Positions 53,530 to 63,242 are shown, numbered from the stretch's first letter. The stretch: DNA of 64,000 nucleotides from an uncultured Candidatus Saccharibacteria bacterium (GCA_964490395.1 CAZBAS010000006.1:8081-72080); one strand, 5' to 3'. The notes: generated by a model not told the origin, from the sequence alone. Numbers and translations: made by a program.

Positions 53530-54861
53530 ATGAATATATCATTTATAAAAAAAGAAGATTCAGAGTTGGCGAATCTAATAGAGCTGGAGAATCAACGCCA
53601 AAAAGAAGGGCTTGAGCTGATACCGTCCGAAAACTATACTTCGGCGGCGGTAATGGAGGCCATGGGGAGTGTTCTCACAAATAAATATTCCGAGGGCTAT
53701 GCTGGTAAGCGTTATTATGGAGGCAATGAATTTATTGATGGGGTAGAGCGGCTGGCTATTAATCGGGCAAAAGAATTATTTCACGTACCTCACGCAAATG
53801 TCCAAGCGTACTCTGGTAGTCCGGCCAATCTTGCTGTGTATCTAGCGGCCTGCAATCCTGGCGATGTAATTATGGGTCTCAATCTTCCTGATGGAGGACA
53901 TCTTACGCATGGATGGAAAGTATCTGCAACGGCTATCTATTATAAGAGTGTCCCGTACCATGTTACCGAAGATGGTCGGATTGACTTTGATGAAGTACGA
54001 CGTTTAGCTGAAGAGTACAGGCCCAAGCTGATATGGGCTGGTGCCACCGCATATGTATATGCGTATGATTATGAAAAGTTCGCAAGCATTGCTGAAAGTG
54101 TGGGCGCGTATTTTGCGGCAGACATTGCACATGTGGCCGGGCTTATAGCAGCAGGTGTGCACCCAGATCCTGTTCCTCACGCTCATATAGTTACATCAAC
54201 TACACACAAAACTCTTCGTGGTCCGCGTGGGGGAATTATCATGGTGACTGAAAAGGGTTTGGCTAAAGATGCAGAGCTTGGAGATAAAATAGATAAGGCT
54301 ATATTTCCAGGTTTGCAAGGTGGGCCACACGACCACCAAACAGCGGCAATTGCAGTTGCGCTTAAAGAAGCTGCTACTTCTGATTTTAAAGAGTATGGTA
54401 ACCAAGTTGTAAAAAACGCAAAGGCCCTCGCTGCAGGCTTATTGTCCCGAGGTATAAAGTTGGTTGGTAATGGTACAGAGAACCATTTATTGCTTATGGA
54501 TTGTATTCCACAACTGGGTTCGGGCGGAGGGGTGTTTGCTCAAGAGGCTCTGGAAGCCGCAGGTATGACTGCAAATAAAAACACAATCCCTAAAGACCCA
54601 TCCTCCCCATTCTATCCAAGTGGGCTTCGTTTGGGCACGCCCGCAATAACTACGCGAGGCATGAAAGAGCACGAGATGGAAAAAATAGCGGAATGGATTG
54701 CGGAGGTGGTGGAAATAATAAAAGATGATCATCTGCCTGAAGTAAAAGAACAGCGTCAGCAGTATATTTCCGAATTTAAAAAACGAATGCAAGAAGATGC
54801 ACGCATAAAAATAATTCGCAATTTGGTCAAGGACTTGTGCGCGCAGTTTTCTTTAAAATAA
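53530..54861 (+). CDS. glyA: serine hydroxymethyltransferase
   Basis: Has GLELIPSENYTS and the PLP-lysine motif region VTSTTHKTLRGPRGG. Start at MNISFIKK. Confidence 0.9.
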   Translation: MNISFIKKEDSELANLIELENQRQKEGLELIPSENYTSAAVMEAMGSVLTNKYSEGYAGKRYYGGNEFIDGVERLAINRAKELFHVPHANVQAYSGSPANLAVYLAACNPGDVIMGLNLPDGGHLTHGWKVSATAIYYKSVPYHVTEDGRIDFDEVRRLAEEYRPKLIWAGATAYVYAYDYEKFASIAESVGAYFAADIAHVAGLIAAGVHPDPVPHAHIVTSTTHKTLRGPRGGIIMVTEKGLAKDAELGDKIDKAIFPGLQGGPHDHQTAAIAVALKEAATSDFKEYGNQVVKNAKALAAGLLSRGIKLVGNGTENHLLLMDCIPQLGSGGGVFAQEALEAAGMTANKNTIPKDPSSPFYPSGLRLGTPAITTRGMKEHEMEKIAEWIAEVVEIIKDDHLPEVKEQRQQYISEFKKRMQEDARIKIIRNLVKDLCAQFSLK

Positions 54862-54877
54862 CAAACCAAATAAACAC

Positions 54878-55186
54878 ATGACTGAATTTATAAAATTAAT
54901 TAAAATATACAACTGGTTCGGTGTTGTTGTCAGTGCAGGAATTATTTTACTTTTCCTAGTTGTTGAGGGTAATCCTTTTTTGTGCGTTAAGCACGATTGT
55001 TCGGGTAGCTTGACTTATTTTTTTCTCAGCTTTATGGCAGTGCCGTATGGTATATTTGGTGCTATAGTGTCTGGTATAGCAGTGTGGAAAAAACAATTAT
55101 CTTGGATTTGGGTGCTGCTGAATTTAATCGTAGGTGGTATTTTCCCTTTACTAATTTGGCTCGGTGCGCTTATTTACCTGGACTAG
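54878..55186 (+). CDS. small hypothetical membrane protein
   Basis: 102 aa with three hydrophobic helices. Confidence 0.4.
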   Translation: MTEFIKLIKIYNWFGVVVSAGIILLFLVVEGNPFLCVKHDCSGSLTYFFLSFMAVPYGIFGAIVSGIAVWKKQLSWIWVLLNLIVGGIFPLLIWLGALIYLD

Positions 55187-55222
55187 TATTCTTAATTCAA
55201 TTTTATTGGTTAGTAGAATAAT

Positions 55223-56026
55223 ATGTTTGAAGCTTTCATTTTAGGGTTGGTACAAGGGTTGGGGGAATTTCTACCAATATCATCGTCTGCGCATTTAATT
55301 ATTACTCCGTGGCTGTTTAATTGGCGGGACCCAGGGCTGGGGTTTGATGTAGCACTGCATTGGGGGACACTCCTTGCTGTGGTGGTGTATTTTAGAAATG
55401 ATATATGGCTCCTCGCAAAAGGGTTTGTACACTCGTTGTTCAAGTCTACACGCAACTTTCAGGGGAATGTATACCAGAAACTTTCGTGGCTCATTATTCT
55501 TGCTAGTATACCCGCGGCCCTCATAGGCAAGCTTTTAGAGAAACAGGCAGATGAAGCATTGAGAAGTCCACTGCTCATAGCATTTACTATGCTTGGGTTT
55601 GGTATTGTGTTGGCGCTTGCAGATAGATTTGGAAAAAAGCTGAAGAATTTAGACCATATAAAACCAGGGCATGCCTTACTCATTGGCTGTAGTCAGGCTT
55701 TGGCACTTATTCCTGGTGTCTCTCGCAGTGGCAGTACCATGACCACAGGGCTCATCCTTGGGCTAAAACGAGCAGATGCAGCACGTTTCAGTTTCCTCAT
55801 GGCCATACCGATAACATTTGGTGCGGGCCTCCTTAAAATAAAAGATTTTCACAACGGAGTTACTACACCCGAGCTAATCGTAGGTTTTATTACTTCGGCC
55901 ATTGTAGGTTTTCTTTCCATACGTTTTTTGCTTCGTCTGCTGGCAAAGAAAGACTTTACTCTGTTTGTGGGGTATAGAATTGCATTTGCAGTATTAATTC
56001 TTGCCGTGTATTTTTTAAGAAAATAA
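55223..56026 (+). CDS. uppP: undecaprenyl-diphosphatase
   Basis: Has the GLVQGLGEFLPISSSAHL and SRSGSTMTTGL motifs of the UppP/BacA family. Confidence 0.9.
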   Translation: MFEAFILGLVQGLGEFLPISSSAHLIITPWLFNWRDPGLGFDVALHWGTLLAVVVYFRNDIWLLAKGFVHSLFKSTRNFQGNVYQKLSWLIILASIPAALIGKLLEKQADEALRSPLLIAFTMLGFGIVLALADRFGKKLKNLDHIKPGHALLIGCSQALALIPGVSRSGSTMTTGLILGLKRADAARFSFLMAIPITFGAGLLKIKDFHNGVTTPELIVGFITSAIVGFLSIRFLLRLLAKKDFTLFVGYRIAFAVLILAVYFLRK

Positions 56027-56060
56027 TCTGACTCTACCAGAAGGGCATCTTCTGCGGCGG

Positions 56061-56633
56061 TTGCAAAAGATGCCTTTCTGTGACGTCCGTTCCATGTCTA
56101 AAGACCAATACAAAGATATACATACATACCTTTCTTCAAGACGTGCGCTGGTAAGGTTGCTCGACTTTTTTGCGACTAAAGTTGTGTATGCGTATGTTGC
56201 CTTGCCTTTTTGCGTTGCCTGGTTTAAAGAGGGAAGACAGTTCATTGCCATGGCGGGGGTGGCGCTCGTGCTTGGGTGGGGCGTGCTGGTGCAGCTCATA
56301 GCGTATCTTTTTCCGCATAAACGGCCTTACCAGCAGTTCGCATTTAAGCCTCTCGCAGGGAAAGGATTGTTCTCACGCATAGATACCCGCTACGACTCTT
56401 TTCCATCTGGGCACACAACGGCTCTGACCATTCTTACTCTTATTATGGCTTTGTACAGCATTCCTCTGGCAATAGTAAGTGTGGCGGTGGTATTGCTCAC
56501 CATGGCTTCCCGGGTCTTGCTTGGGTATCACTACCCCACAGACACTGTAGGAGGGTTTTTTATTGCAGCATTTGTAGTGCTCTCTTTGCAATATAGTGGT
56601 TTTTTTGGGCTAATAATGACCCTTGTTAAATAG
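56061..56633 (+). CDS. PAP2-family phosphatase
   Basis: Has KxxxxxxRP (HKRPYQQ), SFPSGHTT and SRVLLGYHY(P)TD, the three PAP2 motifs. Confidence 0.75.
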   Translation: MQKMPFCDVRSMSKDQYKDIHTYLSSRRALVRLLDFFATKVVYAYVALPFCVAWFKEGRQFIAMAGVALVLGWGVLVQLIAYLFPHKRPYQQFAFKPLAGKGLFSRIDTRYDSFPSGHTTALTILTLIMALYSIPLAIVSVAVVLLTMASRVLLGYHYPTDTVGGFFIAAFVVLSLQYSGFFGLIMTLVK

Positions 56634-56710
56634 CTGGGCTATTTGCGCTTGGGGTGTTTAGTCTGCTAAAATATGAGGGCTTTAGTTGCCTCTTCTGTGT
56701 GATTTAAGAG

Positions 56711-56795
56711 GCCGGTGTGGCGGAACTGGCAGACGCGCACGACTCAAAATCGTGTATCGAAAGATGTGTGGGTTCGACTCCCACCACCGGCACCA
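56711..56795 (+). tRNA. tRNA-Leu (anticodon CAA)
   Basis: GCCGGTGTGGCGGAACTGGCAGACGCGCACGACTCAAAATCGTGTATCGAAAGATGTGTGGGTTCGACTCCCACCACCGGCACCA. It has a long variable arm and the Leu-type D-arm, and CCA is encoded. Confidence 0.9.
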
Positions 56796-56939
56796 GCCTT
56801 CCCAAAGCTACGGCTGGCTTACGCCAGTATGTAGTTATGCGATTACGGCGTTCTAAATATATTTTCCTTACTGCGCACTCTTGCAAGCGAGTGTTTTGAT
56901 ATAAAACAATGCTGGACTCATATCCAGCACTTTTCAAAT

Positions 56940-57995
56940 ATGTTAGACGGTATTATCGGCCAACCAACACAAAATAACACAGACTATAACTCAGCTCAAC
57001 CAGTTTTGGATGACGATGTTTTTGCGTCTATCTTGGGTTACATGGCGCCTATTCCTGTAGCGCCTGCACCAGAAGTTCTGACCCCTGAGAAAGAAGAAGT
57101 CTTAGCACACAGTTTTGATGCTGAACCTGTTGTTGCAGCTGAACCAACAGAGCGAGTTTCTTATGCAGATGCGCAAATAGAAGAAATAGAAGTTACAAAA
57201 ATTGTTCCCAATCCATTTCAGCCGCGTAAAATTTTTGACCCAGAAGGGCTAAAAGAACTTTCCAAGTCTATTCGCGAGCATGGTGTTATACAACCGCTTG
57301 TGGTCACAAAAACCGCTGCAGGGTATGAACTAGTTGTGGGAGAGAGACGTTTCCGCGCATCTATTTTGGCAGGACTTGCCAAAGTGCCCGCCATTGTAAA
57401 GCAAACGTTAGAAGACCAAACCAAGCTCGAAGTAGCGCTTATTGAGAACATACAGCGCCGAGAGCTCAATGCCATTGAAGAAGCACGGGCCTACGACAGG
57501 CTTATAAAGACGTTCAACCTTACGCAAGAGCAGGTGGCGCAAAAAGTCGGGAAGTCTCGTCCCTCTGTTACTAACACACTTCGTTTACTAAACTTGCCGG
57601 TAGAAGTACAACGCGCGGTTATTGAGAATAAAATTACGGAAGGTCATGCGCGAGCACTGCTTTCGGTTCCAGAAACAGAAAAGCAGCTAGTACTGTTTAA
57701 GGCGATAATAGATCAAAACCTTAACGTGCGCCAAGTGGAAGCAAAAGCACGCGAGCTCTCTTTAAAGAGGCAACTCGATGCAGCTGCGCCAGACCCGAAG
57801 CTTATGGCCATAGAAACCGAGCTTCGTTCTCGCTTGGGTACTCAGGTAAAGGTACAACGCCAGGGCCGCGGCGGCCGCATTACCATAGAGTTCTTTAGTG
57901 ACGAAGACCTGCAAGACATAGTAAGCAAGCTTGAGCATTCAGAAGATTTACCCACCAAACAAACTGGCCCAGCCGACTCTTACTTTACGGTATAA
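56940..57995 (+). CDS. parB: ParB/Spo0J family partition protein (N-terminally extended; no adjacent parA)
   Basis: Has IVPNPFQPRK, GVIQPLVV, LVVGERRFRA and the HTH region. An extra N-terminal stretch of about 80 aa is present. Confidence 0.8.
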   Translation: MLDGIIGQPTQNNTDYNSAQPVLDDDVFASILGYMAPIPVAPAPEVLTPEKEEVLAHSFDAEPVVAAEPTERVSYADAQIEEIEVTKIVPNPFQPRKIFDPEGLKELSKSIREHGVIQPLVVTKTAAGYELVVGERRFRASILAGLAKVPAIVKQTLEDQTKLEVALIENIQRRELNAIEEARAYDRLIKTFNLTQEQVAQKVGKSRPSVTNTLRLLNLPVEVQRAVIENKITEGHARALLSVPETEKQLVLFKAIIDQNLNVRQVEAKARELSLKRQLDAAAPDPKLMAIETELRSRLGTQVKVQRQGRGGRITIEFFSDEDLQDIVSKLEHSEDLPTKQTGPADSYFTV

Positions 57996-58007
57996 GCCAA
58001 AGTCGTG

Positions 58008-58043
58008 TGTTCGCAATGTAAGCGGCCGCTTACATTGCGAACA
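58008..58043. terminator. 36 bp perfect palindrome TGTTCGCAATGTAAGCGGCCGCTTACATTGCGAACA after parB
   Basis: Perfect 16 bp arms around a GCGGCCGC centre. No clear T-run follows. Confidence 0.5.
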
Positions 58044-58111
58044 TGTGCATGGTGATGGAAGACCTGTGTTTGATAACGCTATGGTCGGGTCAGTGAGTAG
58101 TAATGGTTTTT

Positions 58112-58219
58112 CTCACACTAACTTTTGGTCTATCGGGATATCGTATACCGGTAGTACGCGCCCATGGGGTGGGCGTAGACTGGGTTCAATTCCCAGTATC
58201 CCGACCAAAAGTTAGTGTG
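58112..58219. repeat. 17 bp perfect inverted repeats (CACACTAACTTTTGGTC / GACCAAAAGTTAGTGTG) bracketing tRNA-Pro
   Basis: The left arm ends 5 nt before the tRNA 5' end. The right arm overlaps the tRNA 3' GACCA. Together they would form an extended precursor stem. Confidence 0.6.
58134..58207 (+). tRNA. tRNA-Pro (anticodon GGG)
   Basis: CGGGATATCGTATACCGGTAGTACGCGCCCATGGGGTGGGCGTAGACTGGGTTCAATTCCCAGTATCCCGACCA. The anticodon stem is CGCCC/GGGCG with loop AUGGGGU, and CCA is encoded. Confidence 0.85.
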
Positions 58220-58387
58220 GGATACGTAAGCTAATACTGTATCGTTGTAAATGAGCTATAAAATTTTCAATTTCCGATTTACACTTTTTAGCTTTAGAAG
58301 GCCGGGTCTTTTGTGATACTTGTATTGGGAGTATTAACAGACCTGGCCTGTGCGGGTCTTTTATATTTAATCTATTGATGTAATTAT

Positions 58388-59125
58388 ATGGAACCAACCA
58401 AATTAGTATATTTAGAAGACATGCATACGCTGACTGGCGATGCAGGTGTGGTAGAAGTAGGGGAGATGGAAGGCAGGCAGTACATAGTGCTTGACCAAAC
58501 TATTTTGTATGCGCAAGGGGGTGGCCAGCCTGCAGACCATGGGGTTATAAAAAATGATGCTTCAGTTTTCATGGTAACGGATGTACGTTTCAAGGATGGT
58601 ATTGTCTATCACTATGGCGAACGGGAGGGTGCTCCATTATCCGTTGGTGATAAAGTAGTTATAGAAGTGGATGGCGAGCGAAGGCAGTTGCACAGGCGGT
58701 TGCATTCTGCTGCGCACGTGCTAGACATGGTAGTGGCAGAAATGAATCTACCCTGGGTACCTGGTAAAGGGTATCATTTTCCCGATGGTCCCTATGTAGA
58801 ATACGCCGGGTCGCTGGACGGCTTGAACATAGAAGAGCTAAAAGAAAAAATGGAGAAAAGAATACATGAGATAATTGCTTCGGATCTTCCGACGCGTACT
58901 GTGTTTGTGAGTAAAGATGAAATGGCACAGCTCTGCAGATTTGTACCAGAACACTTGCCCGAGGGGAAACCAACACGCGTAGTTCTGTATGGCCAGTTTG
59001 GTGTGCCGTGCGGGGGTACGCATGTGGCGCATTTAAGCGAAATAGGCTCTGAAGCTATACGTAAGATAAAAGTGGAAAAAGGCAACGTTAGAGTAAGCTA
59101 TACTATAGATACCAATGCTCAATGA
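58388..59125 (+). CDS. AlaX-type alanyl-tRNA editing protein (tRNA synthetase second additional domain)
   Basis: Has the HxxxH motif (HSAAHVL) and CGGTHV zinc-binding motifs of AlaX/ThrRS editing domains. Confidence 0.7.
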   Translation: MEPTKLVYLEDMHTLTGDAGVVEVGEMEGRQYIVLDQTILYAQGGGQPADHGVIKNDASVFMVTDVRFKDGIVYHYGEREGAPLSVGDKVVIEVDGERRQLHRRLHSAAHVLDMVVAEMNLPWVPGKGYHFPDGPYVEYAGSLDGLNIEELKEKMEKRIHEIIASDLPTRTVFVSKDEMAQLCRFVPEHLPEGKPTRVVLYGQFGVPCGGTHVAHLSEIGSEAIRKIKVEKGNVRVSYTIDTNAQ

Positions 59126-59228
59126 CAAAAATGAGCAAAATTGAACAAAGGTGAAAAAATTAAAATATATTCGGTTTTCATTTTTGTCACTTTTGTCATT
59201 TTTTTAAATTTTGTCAATCTAAAATAAA
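59122..59228. repeat. about 100 bp intergenic repeat element, copy 2 (the same termini and TTTTGTCA triple repeat as 27211..27312)
   Basis: aatgacaaaaatgagcaaaa ... tcatttttgtcacttttgtcatttttttaaattttgtca. It sits between the AlaX-like gene and the next gene. Confidence 0.6.
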
Positions 59229-60050
59229 ATGAAATACGTTAAAGCACTGATAGTTTTTATTGGCATTGTATGGCTGGCTACTGCGCCTATTGCTATGCAT
59301 GCACGACCTGGTAGTATTTTGCATAGGGTAAATAGTATTGTAAACGAGCCTGTATGGGCCTGGATTCACATTACCCAAGATGGCCGGGCCGATACCGTGG
59401 AAAAACAGCTCGAGCAGCGGTATACAGACATAGAACATGCCTGGAATAGCAAAGAGGCGTGGCAAGAGCCGTGGGCGTATAAAGCTGAAGATGCCACTGC
59501 GGGAAGAGTAATTGCGCAAATACATAGCGCCATAGCGGCTCAGGACTTTAAGGTAGCGGACACGCTGACTGCACATGCCCTTGCCCTGTCCCGCGGACAT
59601 AAACAAGTTATGCTTGGCTTAATTACTAAGCCTGGCATAGGGAAAACTGCGGCAGATGTTACCTTTATGGATACGCGCATAAACGCACTTACCGAGCTCC
59701 GCCAGAGTATTGCCCAGAAATTTGCTACGGCATACAGTAGAACGGAACTGGTAAAAGGTATAGATGATAAACTTATACAACTAGATACCTACGTCGCCAC
59801 TGCAGATACTGACTTCCAAGTTGCGGACGCGGTAGTAGGGGATACAGAACGGCTGGCCATACAGAACACTCTCAAATACGCTAAAACATTGCAGGCCGCG
59901 GCAAAAGACAAGCTCGCCAATGACCAGTATGTAGATGCCTACCGCTATGCAAACGATGCAGAGGGCTATGCGAAAGAGGTTTCTATAGTAGTAACAGCCG
60001 CACAAGAGTTTTCCATCCACACTCCCACCAGTTTCCTTCCTGTGCAATAG
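59229..60050 (+). CDS. hypothetical secreted protein
   Basis: Has an N-terminal signal/TM segment (ALIVFIGIVWLATAPIAMHA). No family recognised. Confidence 0.5.
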   Translation: MKYVKALIVFIGIVWLATAPIAMHARPGSILHRVNSIVNEPVWAWIHITQDGRADTVEKQLEQRYTDIEHAWNSKEAWQEPWAYKAEDATAGRVIAQIHSAIAAQDFKVADTLTAHALALSRGHKQVMLGLITKPGIGKTAADVTFMDTRINALTELRQSIAQKFATAYSRTELVKGIDDKLIQLDTYVATADTDFQVADAVVGDTERLAIQNTLKYAKTLQAAAKDKLANDQYVDAYRYANDAEGYAKEVSIVVTAAQEFSIHTPTSFLPVQ

Positions 60051-61147
60051 TGGTAGCGACAGGAGCCAAACGCATGCAGATACAACCAGAAGACTACAAT
60101 TTTGAGTTTCCCGACTCTCTTATTGCCCAAAGCCCTGCGCATCCTCGTGATAGTGCGCGGCTTTTGGTTTACGACAGAAAAACCAGCACAGTTGCATTGG
60201 ATATATTTAAAAATCTGGTACAGTACCTACCTCCCCGCGCAGTTATTGTATTTAATGAAACCAAAGTTATTCCGGCGCGTTTCTATGCGTATAAGCCCAC
60301 TGGCGGTAAGGTGGAGTTGCTATATACAGGTAAATCGGAAAAAACTTTTGACGCCCTTGCAAATAGATCGCTAGTAGTCGGTGATGTACTTTGTTTTCGA
60401 TCCGGTTCCTCCCCTAAGATAGGGGAGGCTAGGAGGGGCATGAACCAAGAGCACGATATTACCGTTACGAAAAAACTATCCAAAGGATACCGTTTTACAT
60501 CGTCATTCCCCATTTCTCAGTTATTCTCTATTCTCGACAGGCACGGTGTTACACCTATACCGCCGTACATAAAAAATAATACATTTGCGGAAAAGAAACT
60601 TCGCACAGAGTATCAGACTGTGTTTGCGAAGTCGCAAGGCTCAAGCGCAGCACCAACTGCGAGTCTACACTTTACGAAAAACCTTCTGGCGAAATTTGAG
60701 AAAGCGGGAATAGCTACCGAGTATGTAACATTGCATGTGGGGCTCGGCACCTTCGCACCGCTCACGGAGAAACATCTGAAAACCAAAAAACTTCATAGCG
60801 AGTACTATGAAATTACGCCATCTGTTGCAAAGCGGCTGGAGCGCTATAAAAAACAGGGCAGGCCAATAGTTGCTGTGGGGACGACCGTGGTCCGTACACT
60901 CGAGTCCGCTGCTTCGCGTGCGGGAAAGCTTGGTAAGCTTTCCGGAAAAACTGAAATATTTATTTACCCGCCGTATAATTTTAAATTTGTAGACAGCCTC
61001 ATTACCAACTTTCATGTACCCAAGTCCAGCCTTATGATGCTGGTAGCAAGTTTAATTGGTCGTGAAAAGCTGCTTGAGTTGTACGTCTTGGCGGTAAAAA
61101 AGAAGTTTAGGCTGTTTTCGTTTGGTGATGGCATGCTCATAAGATAG
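60050..61147 (+). CDS. queA: S-adenosylmethionine:tRNA ribosyltransferase-isomerase
   Basis: Has QSPAHPRDSARLLVYDRKT at the N-terminus and conserved QueA motifs throughout. One GC-rich palindromic element is inserted in-frame. Confidence 0.85.
   Translation: MVATGAKRMQIQPEDYNFEFPDSLIAQSPAHPRDSARLLVYDRKTSTVALDIFKNLVQYLPPRAVIVFNETKVIPARFYAYKPTGGKVELLYTGKSEKTFDALANRSLVVGDVLCFRSGSSPKIGEARRGMNQEHDITVTKKLSKGYRFTSSFPISQLFSILDRHGVTPIPPYIKNNTFAEKKLRTEYQTVFAKSQGSSAAPTASLHFTKNLLAKFEKAGIATEYVTLHVGLGTFAPLTEKHLKTKKLHSEYYEITPSVAKRLERYKKQGRPIVAVGTTVVRTLESAASRAGKLGKLSGKTEIFIYPPYNFKFVDSLITNFHVPKSSLMMLVASLIGREKLLELYVLAVKKKFRLFSFGDGMLIR
60407..60443. repeat. GC-rich palindromic element, short version, in-frame in queA (encodes SSPKIGEARRGM)
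   Basis: tCCTCCCCTAagaTAGGGGAGGctaggaggggcatg. Confidence 0.7.
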
Positions 61148-61178
61148 GATCAAGAATTAAGAATCACGAATTGGGTAC
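61143..61178. repeat. heptanucleotide repeat tract (GGATCAA GAATTAA GAATCAC GAATTGG) followed by a degenerate GC-rich palindrome
   Basis: Lies directly after the queA stop. It is followed by gggtacccccgggttCCCCTCCCCaggcGGGGGGAGagg (61178..61225). Confidence 0.45.
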
Positions 61179-61230
61179 CCCCGGGTTCCCCTCCCCAGGC
61201 GGGGGGAGAGGCCAGGAGAGAGGTTGAATC

Positions 61231-62292
61231 ATGCTTACACAATCCAAAGTTACAACTTTAACCAAAACTTTTTGGATATCTGGAACAGTAATTATTTTAA
61301 TTGCTATTGGGTTGGTAGCATGGCGTGTGTGGCCTACGAAAAAATCTGATTTTGCTAATGGCGCACAGGTTGCTGAACAAACAAAGCCAAAACTTGAGGC
61401 GACTATTAGCGGGCAGTTAGTAGCGCCGGAAATAGCTGCGCGAAGACCCATGGCAGTTATGGTAGAAAACCACCCGGATGCCAGGCCACAAAGCGGCCTT
61501 TCGCAAGCAGAGGTAGTGTATGAAATGATGGCTGAGGGTGGTATAACCCGGTATGTTGCAGTCTTCCAGAAAGATACAGGCGCCATAGGTCCGGTTCGTT
61601 CTGCGCGTGACTATTTTGCGGAACTTGCAGATTCATGGGGTGCGATATATGCCCATGTAGGCGGAAGCCCAGAAGCATTGGAACAAATAAAGAATGGCGT
61701 GTATAAAAACCTTACCGACATAAACGAATTTTACCAAGGTAACTATTTTACGCGCATCAAAACAAGAGTCGCCCCGCACAATACCTATATCTCCACAAAC
61801 AAACTACTCGAATACGAAGCAGTAATAGATAAGGCTCCAACAACTCCACCGCAGCCGTTCACTTTTGCAGACACGCCAGGAGTAGCACCTGAAGTCGCAC
61901 GTAGTATAGCCATAGATTTTTCCTTGCCTAGCTACAAAGTCCTATTTACCTACGACCCCGCAACGCAAAAGTATTTACGCTCTGTTGCCGGCAAAGCCGA
62001 CACCGATGCAGTAACCAAAACCCAACTTTCTCCAAAAACTGTAATAGTACAGGAAACAGATATAAATCCTATACCAGGCGATGATAAATTCCGCGTAAAC
62101 CTCCGCACCACTGGTACCGGCAAGGCCTACGTCTTCCAAAATGGCTACGTTGCCACTGCCACCTGGAAACGCGAACCCGGCAAACCAATCCAATACCTCG
62201 ACGCCCAAAATAACCCCATCTCATTCACCCCCGGTCAATTCTGGATCGCACTTGTTTCTAAAAATAATCCCTCAGCCGTAACTTGGCACTAA
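61231..62292 (+). CDS. DUF3048-like secreted protein (YerB-like)
   Basis: Has an N-terminal TM/signal and the segment MAVMVENHPDARPQSGLSQAEVVYEMMAEGGITRYVAVF, which resembles DUF3048. Confidence 0.5.
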   Translation: MLTQSKVTTLTKTFWISGTVIILIAIGLVAWRVWPTKKSDFANGAQVAEQTKPKLEATISGQLVAPEIAARRPMAVMVENHPDARPQSGLSQAEVVYEMMAEGGITRYVAVFQKDTGAIGPVRSARDYFAELADSWGAIYAHVGGSPEALEQIKNGVYKNLTDINEFYQGNYFTRIKTRVAPHNTYISTNKLLEYEAVIDKAPTTPPQPFTFADTPGVAPEVARSIAIDFSLPSYKVLFTYDPATQKYLRSVAGKADTDAVTKTQLSPKTVIVQETDINPIPGDDKFRVNLRTTGTGKAYVFQNGYVATATWKREPGKPIQYLDAQNNPISFTPGQFWIALVSKNNPSAVTWH

Positions 62293-62352
62293 TGTTGAAG
62301 TGCCACTTCAACATAGACGTATTAATATTGTTTTATAAATCTAGTCTTAGAA

Positions 62353-62482
62353 ACACTAATTACGGTTTTACTCACAATTGTGAGTAAAACCGTAATTTTA
62401 AATTCAAAACCCTAAGCTTATTAGTTAGGTCGTAATTATTTATAAAAATGTATGCGACAACTTTGGGACGGCCGTCACAAAG
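62353..62482. terminator. two large perfect palindromes (40 bp AATTACGGTTTTACTCACAATTGTGAGTAAAACCGTAATT and TGCGACAACTTTG-N13-CAAAGTTGTCGCA) between convergent genes
   Basis: Perfect arms of 18 and 13 bp. They lie at a compositional junction. Confidence 0.5.
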
Positions 62483-62615
62483 TTGTCGCAGGGTTTATAA
62501 AAAAAATAATGCAAAAATGAATATAAAAAAACAGAGCCGGGCGAGAACTGAAGTAAGGATGCTATCCTGTCTTCGTTCTCGCGCGGCCTGCGTTACCCCC
62601 CCCTGTTTCCTCGTG

Positions 62616-63242
62616 TTATTTTTCTTGCCTGCTCTTCCTCCATACAAGTTGAGACAGCATTTTTAGAGTTGTCGAGACCTCGATGTTGTGGCCCCAAGCC
62701 GCTTTAAATGAGGTATCGAAAACTTCATCATCGGTGTCGGTTATGGATTGTGCCCGTCCTCCGTGATAATCGAAGCCAGGTTCGCGCTTCCAAAGCAGGT
62801 AGTTAGCGCCAGGATCGTATTTCCCGTACCGCACTTCGAATTTGTAGTTTCGGTCGCCATCTCTAGTTGGGATACTGACGTCCTTTGCTAAGAAAGCGGC
62901 CCATCCTACAGTCTCGTCCTTCCATTGCACCACAACCCCCGAGTATGTTGGTTTGGGGTCATGCGCCCAGTCCGGTAATTCCGGGTGCTGAATCTGCAGT
63001 TGGTTGACGAGCGGCAGTAGTGCCCATGCCTTAGTGGGTAAATCGCGCGGGAAATTTTTAGGTTTACGCCCGGTGAGGCGCAACATTTCCTTCATGTATT
63101 TCACCGCCAGTTGTCGGTCTTCAATTTCGACCCAGCCTTCGCCGACTTTATTAGTAACGACGGGAAGATTTGGGATATCTTGTGCCTGAATTCCGATTGC
63201 GAGTAGGATCATCGCAAGGAAAGCTAAAATGATTCGTTTCAT
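62616..63242 (-). CDS. hypothetical secreted protein
   Basis: The start MKRIILAFLAMILLAIGIQAQD (a signal peptide) is preceded by CAGGAGA. The local GC content is higher than the rest of the window. Confidence 0.5.
   Translation of the reverse strand: MKRIILAFLAMILLAIGIQAQDIPNLPVVTNKVGEGWVEIEDRQLAVKYMKEMLRLTGRKPKNFPRDLPTKAWALLPLVNQLQIQHPELPDWAHDPKPTYSGVVVQWKDETVGWAAFLAKDVSIPTRDGDRNYKFEVRYGKYDPGANYLLWKREPGFDYHGGRAQSITDTDDEVFDTSFKAAWGHNIEVSTTLKMLSQLVWRKSRQEK

Noticed and set aside
56704-56937. ORFs 56704..56937(-) and 56717..56899(+) in the ORF track
   Set aside because: They overlap a well-folded tRNA-Leu(CAA) gene and its terminator. They are spurious shadow ORFs.
57931-58215. ORF 57931..58215(+) in the ORF track
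   Set aside because: It spans the parB terminator palindrome and the tRNA-Pro(GGG) gene. There is no coding signal.
18607-61225. Repeated GC-rich palindromes considered as a CRISPR array
   Set aside because: The copies are scattered over 40 kb and mostly lie inside conserved genes. They have no regular repeat-spacer periodicity, vary in sequence and length, and no cas genes are present.
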